Shown here: positions 18,267 through 30,471 of the stretch, one piece after another
Numbering within the stretch: position 1 is the first letter of the stretch
Layout of the letters: the number at the start of each line of letters is the position of its first letter
Origin: Nitrospirota bacterium
GTDB lineage: Bacteria > Nitrospirota > Thermodesulfovibrionia > Thermodesulfovibrionales > JdFR-86
Assembly: GCA_963721805.1 (NCBI GenBank)
Contig: CAVRJY010000002.1
Location: forward strand, 224,001 to 288,000
DNA length: 64,000 nt
Direction: 5' to 3'
Translations under genes and position numbers: made by a program
Notes under the pieces: model-generated
Told to the model about the DNA's origin: nothing
Database searches by the model: none
What the model saw: the letters and a program-made list of their open reading frames with translations, nothing else

Positions 18267-20963
18267 ATGGAACGCGAGGTATTTACGGACTTGGTGCTCA
18301 GAGACGGCCGGAGCATACGCGTCAGGCCGATCACGACCGACGACGGCAAGCGGATCGAGGAGCTTTTCTACAGGCTGAGCCCCCGTACGAGGTACTTCAG
18401 GTTTCAGTATACCAAGACCACGATCAGCGCCGAGGAGGTCTACCACTTCACGCACGTCTCGCCACCCGAGAACATGGCATTTGCGGCGACGATGCGCGAC
18501 ACCGGCGAGGAGCGCATAGTGGCGGTCGGGCGATGGTACCGGACTTCCGACCCCGCGAAGGCCGAGGTGAGCTTCGTGGTCGAGGACGGCGTGCAGGTCA
18601 GGGGGCTCGGCACAGCCCTGCTCGAGCGGCTGGCCGAGGCCGCTATAAAATACCGCATCATGACGTTCGTGGCCGCCGTTATCGTCGAAAACGCGCGGAT
18701 GCTCGATGTCTTTGAGGAGAGCGGGTTTACGACCACGAGGAGATTCGACGACGGGGTCTATTACCTGACGATCAACCTCGGCGAGAAGCGCGCGTTCGAC
18801 GTCAAGAGCGCGCAGCGCGAACACGTCGCGCGCTCGGCCGGGGTGCGCATGCTGCTATATCCCGACACGGTGGCCGTGATTGGCGCCTCCCACAAGCACG
18901 ATACCGTGGGCGGGGCGGTATTCAGAAACGTCCTGCAGAGCGACTTTGCGGGTACCGTCTTTCCTGTAAACCCGACGGCGCGCTCCATAGGGGCGGTGCA
19001 TGCGTATGCGAGCGTGCTCGAGATCCCGGTTGCTGTCGACCTGGCCGTGATCGTCGTACCGGCGCGCGCGGTGCCGGACGTGGTAGAGCAGTGCGGCAAA
19101 AAGGGCGTCAAGGGCATCGTGATAATCTCGGCCGGGTTTGGCGAGGCCGGGGCCGAGGGCAAGGCCCTGCAAGACCGCGTAAATGAACTTGTCGTGGGCT
19201 ACGGCATGCGCCTGATCGGGCCGAACTGCCTGGGCGTGCTGAACTTCGACCCGGCCTGCATGCTCAACGCGACGTTCTCCCCGATAGCGCCGCCGGCCGG
19301 CAAGCTGAGCATATCCACGCAAAGCGGCGCGCTGGGATTAGCGCTCATCGACTACGCCAAGAGCCTGAACCTTGGGCTCTCGCACTTTATAAGCATCGGA
19401 AACCGCGTGGACATATCGAGCACCGACCTGCTGGAGTTCTGGGAGGACGACGACAAGACGAACGTGATCCTGCTCTATGAGGAGGCCTTCGGAGACCCGC
19501 GCAAGTTCGCGCGGATCGCGCGCCGCGTCTCGCGCAAAAAGCCTATCGTAGCTGTAAAGTCCGGCCGCTCCGAGGTCGGGGCCAGGGCCGCGTCGTCCCA
19601 TACCGGGGCGCTGGCGGCCTCGGACGTCGCGGTGGACGCGATGTTCCGCGAGGCCGGCGTCATCAGGGTCAACACGATCAGCGAGATGTTCAACGTAGCC
19701 CGCTCATTCGCCGAGCAGCCGATGCCGCGCGGAAACCGCATAGGCATACTCACGAACGCCGGAGGCCCCGGGGTGCTCACGGCCGACGCGTGCGAGGGCT
19801 GGGGCCTCATCGTGCCCCCCCTGGCCGAACCGACCATGGCCGCGATGCGGGAGTTTCTGCCGCCATCGGCCTCGGTCCGAAACCCGGTGGACGCAATAGC
19901 CTCGGCCACTCCGGAGTCATACAGGCGGTGCCTGACGCTGATGCTCGCGGACCCCAACATCGACGCGGTGGTAGTGATCTACATCCCTCCGCTCGTTACG
20001 CACCCTGACGACATAGCCTCGTGCATCGCCGAGGCGCTCACCGGGTATGACGGCGATAAGCCGGTGCTTACGAGCTTCATGACGCTCCAAAAGGGGATCT
20101 CCGACATCATGGTCGAAGGTGGCCGGCGCGTGCCGATGTTCACCTTCCCCGAAGACGCGGTTACCGCGCTTGGGCGCGCGTGGCAGTACCAGCAGTACAA
20201 GACCCGGGATGAGGGCAGCGTGCCCGAGTTTCCGGGGATCGCCAAAGACCTCGCGCGAGAGGAGGCGCTTGGCGGCCTGACGCTCTCGGACAAGCCGGTC
20301 TGGCTCATGCCGGAGGCCGCGATGAAACTGCTTGGGGCTTACGGCATTTCGTCCCCGAAGGTCGAGGCCGCACAGAGCGCGGACGATGCGGCGCTCGCGG
20401 CAGGGCGCATTGGCTATCCGGTCGCGCTCAAGCTGCGCTCGGCTACGATCACGCACAAGACGGACGTCAAGGGCGTGGCGCTTAACCTCAAGGACGAGGC
20501 AGAGGTGCGCGCGGCATACGCGGCGATAGAGGATGCCCTGCGGCAGCGGGGGATGATCGAGGGGATGCAGGGCGTGCTGGTGCAGCGGATGCTGGGCGGC
20601 GACGGCGGCACCGAGATCATCCTGGGCATGGCGGCCGATCCGCTGTTCGGGCCGCTGGTAATGCTCGGCCTCGGTGGCATACACGTCGAGCTCCTGAAGG
20701 ACGTCGCGTTTTCGATCCCGCCGCTTCGCGACCTCGACCCCGAGCGGATGCTAAAGCAGCTTAAGACCTATCCGCTTCTAACGGGATGGCGCGGAAGGAA
20801 GCCCGCTGACGTCGCGGCGCTAAAAGACGTGCTCCTGCGGTTTTCGACCCTGATAGAGGACCTGCCCGAGATCGACCAGATTGAGATCAACCCTCTGGTG
20901 GTGCTCGATGAGGGCATGGGCTGCTCTGCGCTCGATTGCAGGATAAGCGTCAGGCAGGTCTAG
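18267..20963 (+). CDS. GNAT acetyltransferase fused to ADP-forming acyl-CoA synthetase domains (Pat/Acd-like)
   Basis: N-terminal GNAT (QVRGLGT), CoA-binding VAVIGAS, GPNCLG, SHTGAL, TNAGGPG, ATP-grasp HKTD and EINPL. Confidence 0.9.
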   Translation: MEREVFTDLVLRDGRSIRVRPITTDDGKRIEELFYRLSPRTRYFRFQYTKTTISAEEVYHFTHVSPPENMAFAATMRDTGEERIVAVGRWYRTSDPAKAEVSFVVEDGVQVRGLGTALLERLAEAAIKYRIMTFVAAVIVENARMLDVFEESGFTTTRRFDDGVYYLTINLGEKRAFDVKSAQREHVARSAGVRMLLYPDTVAVIGASHKHDTVGGAVFRNVLQSDFAGTVFPVNPTARSIGAVHAYASVLEIPVAVDLAVIVVPARAVPDVVEQCGKKGVKGIVIISAGFGEAGAEGKALQDRVNELVVGYGMRLIGPNCLGVLNFDPACMLNATFSPIAPPAGKLSISTQSGALGLALIDYAKSLNLGLSHFISIGNRVDISSTDLLEFWEDDDKTNVILLYEEAFGDPRKFARIARRVSRKKPIVAVKSGRSEVGARAASSHTGALAASDVAVDAMFREAGVIRVNTISEMFNVARSFAEQPMPRGNRIGILTNAGGPGVLTADACEGWGLIVPPLAEPTMAAMREFLPPSASVRNPVDAIASATPESYRRCLTLMLADPNIDAVVVIYIPPLVTHPDDIASCIAEALTGYDGDKPVLTSFMTLQKGISDIMVEGGRRVPMFTFPEDAVTALGRAWQYQQYKTRDEGSVPEFPGIAKDLAREEALGGLTLSDKPVWLMPEAAMKLLGAYGISSPKVEAAQSADDAALAAGRIGYPVALKLRSATITHKTDVKGVALNLKDEAEVRAAYAAIEDALRQRGMIEGMQGVLVQRMLGGDGGTEIILGMAADPLFGPLVMLGLGGIHVELLKDVAFSIPPLRDLDPERMLKQLKTYPLLTGWRGRKPADVAALKDVLLRFSTLIEDLPEIDQIEINPLVVLDEGMGCSALDCRISVRQV

Positions 20964-20995
20964 CGGCAGCTATTAAACGACGGGCCTTGAAGCCC

Positions 20996-21030
20996 CCCAA
21001 GGAATTCGAGTGAAACGAGAATTCCTTGGG
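20996..21030. repeat. Perfect hairpin between convergent genes
   Basis: CCCAAGGAATTC-GAGTGAAACGA-GAATTCCTTGGG. Confidence 0.6.
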
Positions 21031-21032
21031 CT

Positions 21033-21863
21033 CTATTTCGCGGCCCTGAAGTGCAGGGTATTCGGGACGTAGTAGAGCCCGGTATAGCCAAGGTGCATCC
21101 GCAGCCACGGGATATAGATGTGGCTGCTCGGGCCGCCGTCCATCGCGAGGGCCGAGACCGCGCCCGCCGCGACCATAAGGTCTCCCATCTCGTGGAGCGT
21201 GGCCCCGTTTGAGTCCTCGTCATCGCCGAAGACCCCCGCCACCAGCACGTCGCCGGTGTTCGTGAGCCCTATGGCCACGCGGTCCGAGAGGTGCGTGTCG
21301 TCGACAGGCATGTCGTTTAGCCCTCCCATCACGACCATCGGCTTGGACTGTACGGCATCGGCGGGAGCGGTCTCGGGCTTATAGTCCGCCGCGCGCACGA
21401 TCCTTATCCCGGCCGAGTCCTCAAACAGCATCCCGCCCGAGGACCACTTGACCTGCCTCGATGCGCGCCGCCCGCTGTCGACCAGAAGCCCGAGCGGGAT
21501 CAGGTGGCCGTTCGTGTCATACCCGAAGAACCCGCCGCTGATCACGAGCAGGTCGGCCCGCGAGGCCGCGTCCGTGTATATGCCTTTTTTCTCCCCGCTA
21601 GCGCGCCGGTCGCGCGCCTTAAAGACGAGCCCCGATTTCGAGAGCCGCGCTATCACGACCGTGATCTCGCGGCCTAGGGCTTCTCTGTAGATCCTGACCT
21701 CGCCCTCGACGCCGAACGAGGCCGGCACGCGGTATGTTGACGAGGGCGCGGATGAGGGGAGTTCGGGGAACGAGGATGCCGATGCTGCCGCGGTGAAGAT
21801 CAGCAGCAGGACCGCCGCGGCTAACGGCGCGCGCGCAGCCACTATATGCCCGGGGCCGCGCAC
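21033..21863 (-). CDS. Secreted phosphodiester glycosidase family (NAGPA/DUF2233-like) protein
   Basis: Signal peptide, ISGGFF, RVAIG, ALAMDGGPSS (compare NLDGGGS). Confidence 0.7.
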   Translation of the reverse strand: MRGPGHIVAARAPLAAAVLLLIFTAAASASSFPELPSSAPSSTYRVPASFGVEGEVRIYREALGREITVVIARLSKSGLVFKARDRRASGEKKGIYTDAASRADLLVISGGFFGYDTNGHLIPLGLLVDSGRRASRQVKWSSGGMLFEDSAGIRIVRAADYKPETAPADAVQSKPMVVMGGLNDMPVDDTHLSDRVAIGLTNTGDVLVAGVFGDDEDSNGATLHEMGDLMVAAGAVSALAMDGGPSSHIYIPWLRMHLGYTGLYYVPNTLHFRAAK

Positions 21864-21873
21864 CTCGTCGGCC

Positions 21874-23598
21874 TCAGCGGATGTACGCCTCTGTGACGTA
21901 GCGCCGCATCATGCGGTGGGTGTTGAAGTAGTATGCGTTTTTCCCTATCGCGTTTTGCATCATCCTGATCCACATGTGGCGCTCGTTGTAGTACGTCGGG
22001 ATGATCTTGTGCTCGAGCTTTCTGTAGAGGTCGTCGGCGTCCACGTCGTCGTTGGCCTCGACGAGCGAGGTCTCGGTCGCGGCCGGGCCGATCGCCCAGC
22101 CCGTGTAGTCTTCGATATGGCCCTCGATCCACCAGCCGTCGAGCACGCTGAAGTTCATCACCCCGTTGTGCGCGGCCTTCATCCCCGAGGTGCCGGAGGC
22201 CTCGCGCGGCCTCATCGGCGTATTGAGCCATACGTCCACGCCCGATACCAGGTCGAGCGCGAGCCGCATGTCGTAGCCCGGCAGGTAAACGAGCTTCACC
22301 CTGCCGCCGAGCTTCCGCATGGCATCGAATATGCCGTGGATCATCTCCTTGCCGGGGATGTCCTTGGGGTGGGCCTTGCCAGCGAAGATAAGCTGGAGCT
22401 TTCCCTCGCCTATGCGCGCGAGGCGCTCGATGTCCTTAAACAGCAGGTACCCGCGTTTGTATGCCGTGGCGCGCCGCGCGAACCCGAACGTCAGCACCTT
22501 GCAGTCCATGCCGGCGCCGGTCTGGGCGTTTACCATGTCTATGAGCCTGCACTTGGCCTCCATGTGCGCGTCCCAGAGCTCGTCGTCCGGCACGCGGCTG
22601 ACGCGCACGAAGAGCTCCGGCTCGTTGGCCCAGCCGGGCAGGTATTTGTCATAGAGGCGGCGCATGCTCTCGCAGGTCCATGTGTATGAGTGCACGCCGT
22701 TGGTGATCGCCGAGATCTCATATCCGGGGAAGAGGCTCAGGGAGACCTCGGCGTGCTTTTTGGCCACGCCGTTTACGTATTCGCTGAGGTTCAGGCCGAG
22801 GATCGTCATGTTAAGGCCGTGCTCGCCCCCGAGGCGGCGGAGGACCTGCTCGGGCAGGATCGGCCCCAGGACCTGCGTTACCAGATCTTGCGGGAAGGAG
22901 TCGTGGCCGGCCGCGACAGGCGTGTGGGTTGTGAAGACGCAGAGGTCCCTCACGCGCCTGACGTCCCAGACCAGATTTTCGTCCCAGACCTCCTCGATGT
23001 CGCGCTTGAACTCGCGCAGGAGCTCGACCGTAAGCAGGCTGGCGTGGCCCTCGTTCATGTGGTATTTCTTGATCTCGAAGTCCAGCTCACGGAGCAGCCG
23101 CACGCCGCCTATGCCGAGCACGGCCTCCTGCCTGAGCCTGTAGCGCGCGTCGCCGCCATACAGGACGCGGGTGATCGTGCGGTCCTCCGGGGTGTTGGAC
23201 TCGATGTCCGTATCCAGAAGCAGGATCGGTATCTTGCCGCCGGTGACGCTCTGCTGGACGTACAGCCATGCCTGCACAGCGACCTCGCGGCCCTCCAGCG
23301 ATACGTACACCTTGTGCGGCAGCAAGGTCATGAAGTGGTAGGGGTCCCATGGGGCGGCCTGCTCGCTCTGCACCCCGTCGGGGGAGATCGTCTGGTTGAA
23401 GTACCCGTCCTTGCAGATCAGCGTGAGGGCGACCATCGGGAGCTTCAGGTCCGCGGCCGAGCGGAGCGTGTCTCCGGCCAGAACGCCCAGGCCGCCGCTA
23501 TAGGTGTGGATATCGTTGTGTATGCCTATCTCCATCGAGAAATAGGCGATCTTGGGCTCCTTGGTGAAATCCGAAAGCTCCGGGATATTGCTATTCAT
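21874..23598 (-). CDS. glgP: Alpha-glucan (glycogen) phosphorylase, short form
   Basis: AYFSMEIG, YSGGLGVLAGD, HMNEGH, FTTHTPV, EASGTSGMKA (PLP Lys). Confidence 0.95.
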   Translation of the reverse strand: MNSNIPELSDFTKEPKIAYFSMEIGIHNDIHTYSGGLGVLAGDTLRSAADLKLPMVALTLICKDGYFNQTISPDGVQSEQAAPWDPYHFMTLLPHKVYVSLEGREVAVQAWLYVQQSVTGGKIPILLLDTDIESNTPEDRTITRVLYGGDARYRLRQEAVLGIGGVRLLRELDFEIKKYHMNEGHASLLTVELLREFKRDIEEVWDENLVWDVRRVRDLCVFTTHTPVAAGHDSFPQDLVTQVLGPILPEQVLRRLGGEHGLNMTILGLNLSEYVNGVAKKHAEVSLSLFPGYEISAITNGVHSYTWTCESMRRLYDKYLPGWANEPELFVRVSRVPDDELWDAHMEAKCRLIDMVNAQTGAGMDCKVLTFGFARRATAYKRGYLLFKDIERLARIGEGKLQLIFAGKAHPKDIPGKEMIHGIFDAMRKLGGRVKLVYLPGYDMRLALDLVSGVDVWLNTPMRPREASGTSGMKAAHNGVMNFSVLDGWWIEGHIEDYTGWAIGPAATETSLVEANDDVDADDLYRKLEHKIIPTYYNERHMWIRMMQNAIGKNAYYFNTHRMMRRYVTEAYIR

Positions 23599-23723
23599 AT
23601 TGTCTATTCTATCAAACGCACAGCCGGGTTACAAGGCAGAGGTCTCGGGCATGAACAAGCGCCATTGACAAAGCTGCATAAGGTGATATAATTATCACAA
23701 CCTGGCTAATGGAAGGAGCTCAC

Positions 23724-24152
23724 ATGGCTAAGACGACCAAGACCGAAGCGAAGGGTGCGGTGAAGCAGCCAGCTGCAAAGAGGACCACTGCCAAAAAAGT
23801 AACCGGGAAGAGGGCCGCCGCGCCTAAAAAGGCCGCCGCACCCAAGAAGGGCATAAAGAAGCAGTATCTCAAGTCCGACGGGCTGTGCAAGGTGACGTTC
23901 TGCCTCCCGGCCGAGGCAGTAGAGGGCGCCGAGCGAGTGGCCATCGTCGGGGACTTCAACGAATGGGACGAAACGGCCCACCGGATGGAGAGGCTGGATA
24001 ACGGCGACTACAGCATCACGATGCTGCTCGTCCCGGAGCGCGAGTACCGGTTTAAATACCTGATCGACGACGACCGCTGGGAGAACGACTGGGCCGCCGA
24101 CCGTTACGATCCCAACATCCACGACGGGGAAGACTCGGTAGTCATACTTTAG
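23724..24152 (+). CDS. Glycogen-binding (CBM48/isoamylase early-set) protein with a Lys/Ala-rich N-terminus
   Basis: VGDFNEW, YRFKYLID..RWEND. Divergent from glgP, SD GGAG. Confidence 0.85.
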   Translation: MAKTTKTEAKGAVKQPAAKRTTAKKVTGKRAAAPKKAAAPKKGIKKQYLKSDGLCKVTFCLPAEAVEGAERVAIVGDFNEWDETAHRMERLDNGDYSITMLLVPEREYRFKYLIDDDRWENDWAADRYDPNIHDGEDSVVIL

Positions 24153-24165
24153 CCGGGCCCGCGCG

Positions 24166-24696
24166 ATGACCGCCCCCCGGGAGACAGGCGAGCTCCTATT
24201 TCTCGGGGACTCGCTCATCGAGTACTTCGACTGGGCGGAACGCTTCCCGCACCGCAGGGTCCGCAACCTCGGGGTCTCGGGCGAGCCGGTCGAGGGGCTG
24301 CTAGAGCGCATCGACGTCGTGACAAGCGAATACCCCGAGGCCGCCGCCTTCATAATGACCGGTATCAACGATATCGCGATGGATCAAAGCGGCTTCATCG
24401 GCGAGTACCGCAAGATAATCCTAAAGCTTCGCGAGGCGTACCCGGCCGGTCTCCGCATCCATATCCACACGCTCCTGCCCACGCTCCTCCACTGGATCGA
24501 CCCCGCTGAGATCAGGCGCGTAAACTCCCTGATAGCGAAGCTGTCGGAGGAGACCGGCGTTCGGCTCATCGATATGCACGACCTGTTTTTGGAGCGCGGG
24601 CTGCATGATCTGCTCGCCGCGGACGGCATACACCTCAGCGGCCGGGGCTATGAGCTCTGGGCCTCGGTGCTCGAGCCGGTCATAGCCGAACTTTAG
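24166..24696 (+). CDS. SGNH/GDSL hydrolase
   Basis: FLGDSL, NLGVSG, GIND, DGIHL blocks. Confidence 0.9.
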   Translation: MTAPRETGELLFLGDSLIEYFDWAERFPHRRVRNLGVSGEPVEGLLERIDVVTSEYPEAAAFIMTGINDIAMDQSGFIGEYRKIILKLREAYPAGLRIHIHTLLPTLLHWIDPAEIRRVNSLIAKLSEETGVRLIDMHDLFLERGLHDLLAADGIHLSGRGYELWASVLEPVIAEL

Positions 24697-24750
24697 GGGG
24701 ATCATCCTGCCGCAACCCGACTTTGCCCGGTTTTGTTATACTATTTGATC

Positions 24751-24956
24751 ATGAAACAGGGACCGCAAGAACCGATCGTCCCGCTCGAGGGGCTGCTCTG
24801 CCCTGTATGCGGCAAGGAGCTCGACAAGGCGGCCAAGACCGACGAGGGCTACCTATGCCATGGCTGCGGCGAGACGATCCCCGAGAACTTGGCCATAAAC
24901 CCATTCTTCGGCTGCTCGGTCGGGCTGACGAGCAACAAGAGCCGGGAGATGAGGCG

Positions 24957-24960
<4 letters not shown>
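24751..24960 (+). CDS. Small zinc-ribbon protein upstream of trpB
   Basis: CPVCG...CHGCG, 69 aa. Stop overlaps the trpB start (ATGA). Extended -10 TGtTATACT 8 nt upstream. Confidence 0.7.
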
Positions 24961-26128
<1,168 letters not shown>

Positions 26129-26132
<4 letters not shown>

Positions 26133-26902
26133 GCAGGATAAAAAAGACATTCGCCACCCTCAAGCGCCAGGGCGGCAAGGCCTTCATCCCATACGTGATG
26201 GCCGGGGACCCTACGCTAGAGCGCACGGCGGAACTGGTGCGCATGCTCGAAGGCTGCGGTGCGGACATCATAGAGCTCGGAGTGCCGTTTAGCGACCCTC
26301 TGGCCGACGGCCCTGTGATCCAGCGCGCTGCCGAGCGTGCGCTCGCCGCGGGAACGAGGCTCAGGCATGTAGTCACGCTCGTGCGCGAACTGAGGCTTAC
26401 CACCCAGATCCCGATAGTGCTGATGACCTACTATAACCCGATATTCAAATACGGCGAGGCGAGGTTCGCGGCCGAGGCTTCGGCCGCGGGGGTGGACGGG
26501 CTCATCATACCCGACCTGCCTCCGCACGAGGCGAAGAACCTGATCGCTCTTTGCCGCCGTTCCGGGATAGATAACATATTTCTGACCGCTCCGACCTCAA
26601 CCCCGGAGCGCAGGAAGATCGTAGCCCGCGCCTCGAGCGGATTTATATATTACGTTTCGATAACCGGGATCACGGGCGCGGGCCTCGCGATGGACACCTC
26701 GATAGCCGAGTCCGTGCAGGGGATCGCCAGAGAGAGCGGGGGCAAGCCGGTCGCCGTAGGCTTCGGCGTCTCGACCCCCGAGGAGGCATCGGCGGTGGCC
26801 GCGTTCGCTGACGGCGTGATCGTCGGAAGCGCGATCGTGCGCCGGGCGGGCGAGCCGGGCCTGCGGGAGTTTGTCACCACACTCAGGGCGGCGATCCGCT
26901 GA
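26129..26902 (+). CDS. trpA: Tryptophan synthase alpha chain
   Basis: [37 protein letters not shown]. Confidence 0.97.
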
Positions 26903-26915
26903 ACATGGAGACACC

Positions 26916-27680
26916 ATGAGGCTCAAGGTGCTTGGCGCATCCGGGGCCGAGTTTCCGGGGTTTTATCCCCCCGCGTTTCTCATCGACGATGAGATATTGC
27001 TGGACGCCGGGACGATCGGCGCTGTGCTCAGCGAGGACGCGCAGTGGAAGCTGCGTCATATCCTGCTTACGCACTCACACCTCGACCACATACGCGGCAT
27101 CCCGTTTCTGGCTGATAACATAGTGCTCATGAACAAGAAGCATTCAGTCACCATTATGGGCATCAAGCCGACACTCGATACGCTCAAAGACAGCCTCTTT
27201 AACAACACCGTCTGGCCGGATTTCACCGCGATCCCCAACGCCAAGAGCCCGGTGCTGAAGCTCAAGCAGATAACCGCCGGCCGGGTGTTTAAGATTAACG
27301 GGTACAGGATCACCGCTTATCCGGTCGCGCACTCGGTGCCGGCCATTGGCTACATTGTCGAAAACGCGGGGGGCCACAGGCTGCTGTATACCGGCGACAC
27401 AGGCCCCACCGAGGCGATCTGGCGCGCCGCATCCAAACACGTAAACGCTGCGATCATCGAGGTCTCGATGCCCAACTCGATGCGCGATATGGCCAAGTTG
27501 ACGGGGCACCTGACCTCCGCGCTGCTGAAAGAAGAGCTCGCGAAGATCGGGGACATCCCGGACATGATACTCATAACCCACCCGAAACCCCAGTACATGA
27601 TGACGATCGCGCGCGAGCTCAAGGCCCTCAAGCGGGGCAACATCAGCATGCTCAGAAGCGGCGACGTCTTCGACTTTTAG
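26916..27680 (+). CDS. Class II cyclic-nucleotide phosphodiesterase / MBL-fold hydrolase
   Basis: LLDAGT, THSHLDHI (HxHxDH), FNNTVWPDF, TGDTGPT, GHLT. Confidence 0.85.
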   Translation: MRLKVLGASGAEFPGFYPPAFLIDDEILLDAGTIGAVLSEDAQWKLRHILLTHSHLDHIRGIPFLADNIVLMNKKHSVTIMGIKPTLDTLKDSLFNNTVWPDFTAIPNAKSPVLKLKQITAGRVFKINGYRITAYPVAHSVPAIGYIVENAGGHRLLYTGDTGPTEAIWRAASKHVNAAIIEVSMPNSMRDMAKLTGHLTSALLKEELAKIGDIPDMILITHPKPQYMMTIARELKALKRGNISMLRSGDVFDF

Positions 27681-27700
27681 GCAGGCGGAGAGAGAAAACA

Positions 27701-28557
<857 letters not shown>

Positions 28558-28558
<1 letters not shown>

Positions 28559-28685
28559 AAAGTCGCGCTAAATTGGCTGATACGTTGTCGCGGCTTCGGA
28601 AATCCGTCCTCCAGAGTACATCCCAGTACACTTGCGGACGTCTTCCTCGCCGCTCCTAGTCTGAGCCTAATTTATCGCACTTTGA
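28558..28685. repeat. Structured repeat family A (long imperfect hairpin), copy 1
   Basis: Shares TGATACGTTGTC, GAGTAC-n6-GTACAC and TCCTAGTCTGA with 56136-56260. Confidence 0.8.
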
Positions 28686-28732
28686 TGTGGCTCTTGCATA
28701 GTCGTGCGAGCGGTCAACGGCATTGATTTGAG

Positions 28733-28798
28733 TGAGCGGGGCAGGGGCCCCGTGAATAAGTGAGCGATGCGAATATTTGCCAGGGGGCGCTGCCCCCT
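28733..28798 (+). repeat. Structured repeat family B, copy 2
   Basis: TGAGCGGGGCAGGGGCCCCGTGAATA-AG-TGAGCGATGCGAATA-n7-GGGGGCGCTGCCCCC. Confidence 0.7.
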
Positions 28799-28976
28799 AT
28801 TCGATGTGGAAGGTCGCGACCTCTTTCATGCCGGGCAGGTATTCGCCGACCGGGACGAGTTTCTTGTTCTGGTTCACGCAGTCTATGATGATCGTCCAGA
28901 GCTGGTTGAGTTCGGTCTTTTCCCTCTCGGTCTCAGGCGTGAAGTGTATCAGCGTCCCCTCGAGTTCGATCTTCAT
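28797..28976 (-). CDS. Small hypothetical protein (59 aa), absent from the ORF track
   Basis: MKIELEGTLIHFTPETEREKTELNQLWTIIIDCVNQNKKLVPVGEYLPGMKEVATFHIE. SD AGGAGG and genome-typical codon usage. Confidence 0.85.
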   Translation of the reverse strand: MKIELEGTLIHFTPETEREKTELNQLWTIIIDCVNQNKKLVPVGEYLPGMKEVATFHIE

Positions 28977-29087
28977 TCAGGGCCTCCTGTCGGGATGAGC
29001 TTCTGAATTAGGTTATATCATCAAACAGGGAAGGATTCAAGGGAGACGGAATGGCCGGGCGCGCGGGTGCGGCAGGGGAGCTCGTGG

Positions 29088-30468
29088 CTAGTCGACCTCT
29101 TCTTCGGACGAGAGGTAGTGCTCCTCGCTCATCGCGTTTCGGAACGTTGTGCAGTAGCCGAGGTATGTCAGCTTGACCAGGCCGGTCGGGCCGTTTCTCT
29201 GTTTGGCCACGATGACCTCGGCCTTGTTTTTTATTTCCTCGTTGTCCCGGTCGTAGACAGCGGGCCTGTAGAGGAACAGGATTACGTCGGCGTCCTGCTC
29301 GATGGCTCCGGACTCGCGCAGGTCGGCGAGCGTCGGGTGTTTGTCCTTGGACGGGCGGGTCTCGACCGAGCGGTTAAGCTGGCTCAGGGCCATCACCGGG
29401 ACGTCGAGTTCCTTTGCGAGGGCCTTCAGAGAGCGCGAGATCTCGGATATCTCCTGGTTGCGGTTCTCTGAGCGCTCCCTGCCGCGCATGAGCTGCAGGT
29501 AGTCGACCACGAGCAGGCTCAGGCCGTGCTCTTTCTTGAACCTCCGGGCCTTGGCGCGCATCTCGAGCACGCTCAGGGCCGAGGTGTCGTCGATGTATAT
29601 CTTGCTGTCGATTAGGCGGGCGGCCGCTGCGGTGAGCTTGCCCCAGTCGTCGCGCTGGTTGATAAAGCCCTTCCTGACCTTGTTGGAGTCCATCATGGCC
29701 TCCGAGCAAAGGAGCCGCAAGGCGAGCTGGTGCTTTGACATCTCAAGGCTGAATACCGCGACCGGCTCCTTGCGCGTCATGCCGACGTACTGCGCGATGT
29801 TGAGCGCGAAGGCGGTCTTGCCCATCGAGGGCCGTCCCCCGATCACGACCAAGTCGCCGCGCTGGAACCCCGACGTCATATCGTCGAGGTCCGTGAAGCC
29901 CTGACGGCACGCCGGTGATCGTCTCTTTCTTTTCGTACAGCTCCTCGATCATCTTGAAGCTGTCGTTTACGATCTCGCGCAGGTGCGAGAAGTCGCTCTT
30001 TATGTGGCGCTCCGAGATCTCGAAGATCGATTTCTCGGCATAGTCCATAAGCTCCTTGGCCTCGTGCGCGTCCTCGTAGACCTTCGCGGCGATGTCCGTG
30101 CCGGTGCGCAGCAGGGCGCGCAGCAGGGCCTTCTCGCCGACGATCTCGGCGTGGTAGCGGACGTTGGCAGCGGTGGCGATCTGGTTGGCGAGCGTGGCCA
30201 GGTACATAGGGCCGCCGACCGCCTCGAGTTCGCCCTTGGTGCTGAGGTGGTTTTTGACCGTGACGAGGTCTATCGGCTCGGAGCGGTCGAAGAGGTCGAG
30301 CATCGAGGCGTAGATCTTGCGGTGGGCCTCGCGGTAGAAGTCATTTGCCGTGAGCGCCTCGATGCACTTGAGGATGGCGTTGTTCTCTATGAGAATGGCC
30401 CCGAGGACGGATTGCTCCGCCTCGAGGCTCTGTGGCGGAAGTTTCTCTGATAAGACGTCGAGTGCCAC
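29088..30468 (-). CDS. dnaB: Replicative DNA helicase, split by a +1 frameshift near 29899-29901
   Basis: N-half [14 protein letters not shown]-half [32 protein letters not shown]. Span 1381 nt = 460 codons + 1. Confidence 0.93.
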
Positions 30469-30471
30469 GGC

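Noticed and set aside
24723..24956. N-terminal extension of TrpB suggested by the ORF track
   Set aside because: TrpB similarity begins at MKGYFG (24957). The upstream region is better explained by the zinc-ribbon gene in another frame.
29088..30468. dnaB as a pseudogene, intein host or programmed frameshift
   Set aside because: No other decay, normal length and no slippery sequence. A sequencing indel is the simplest explanation.
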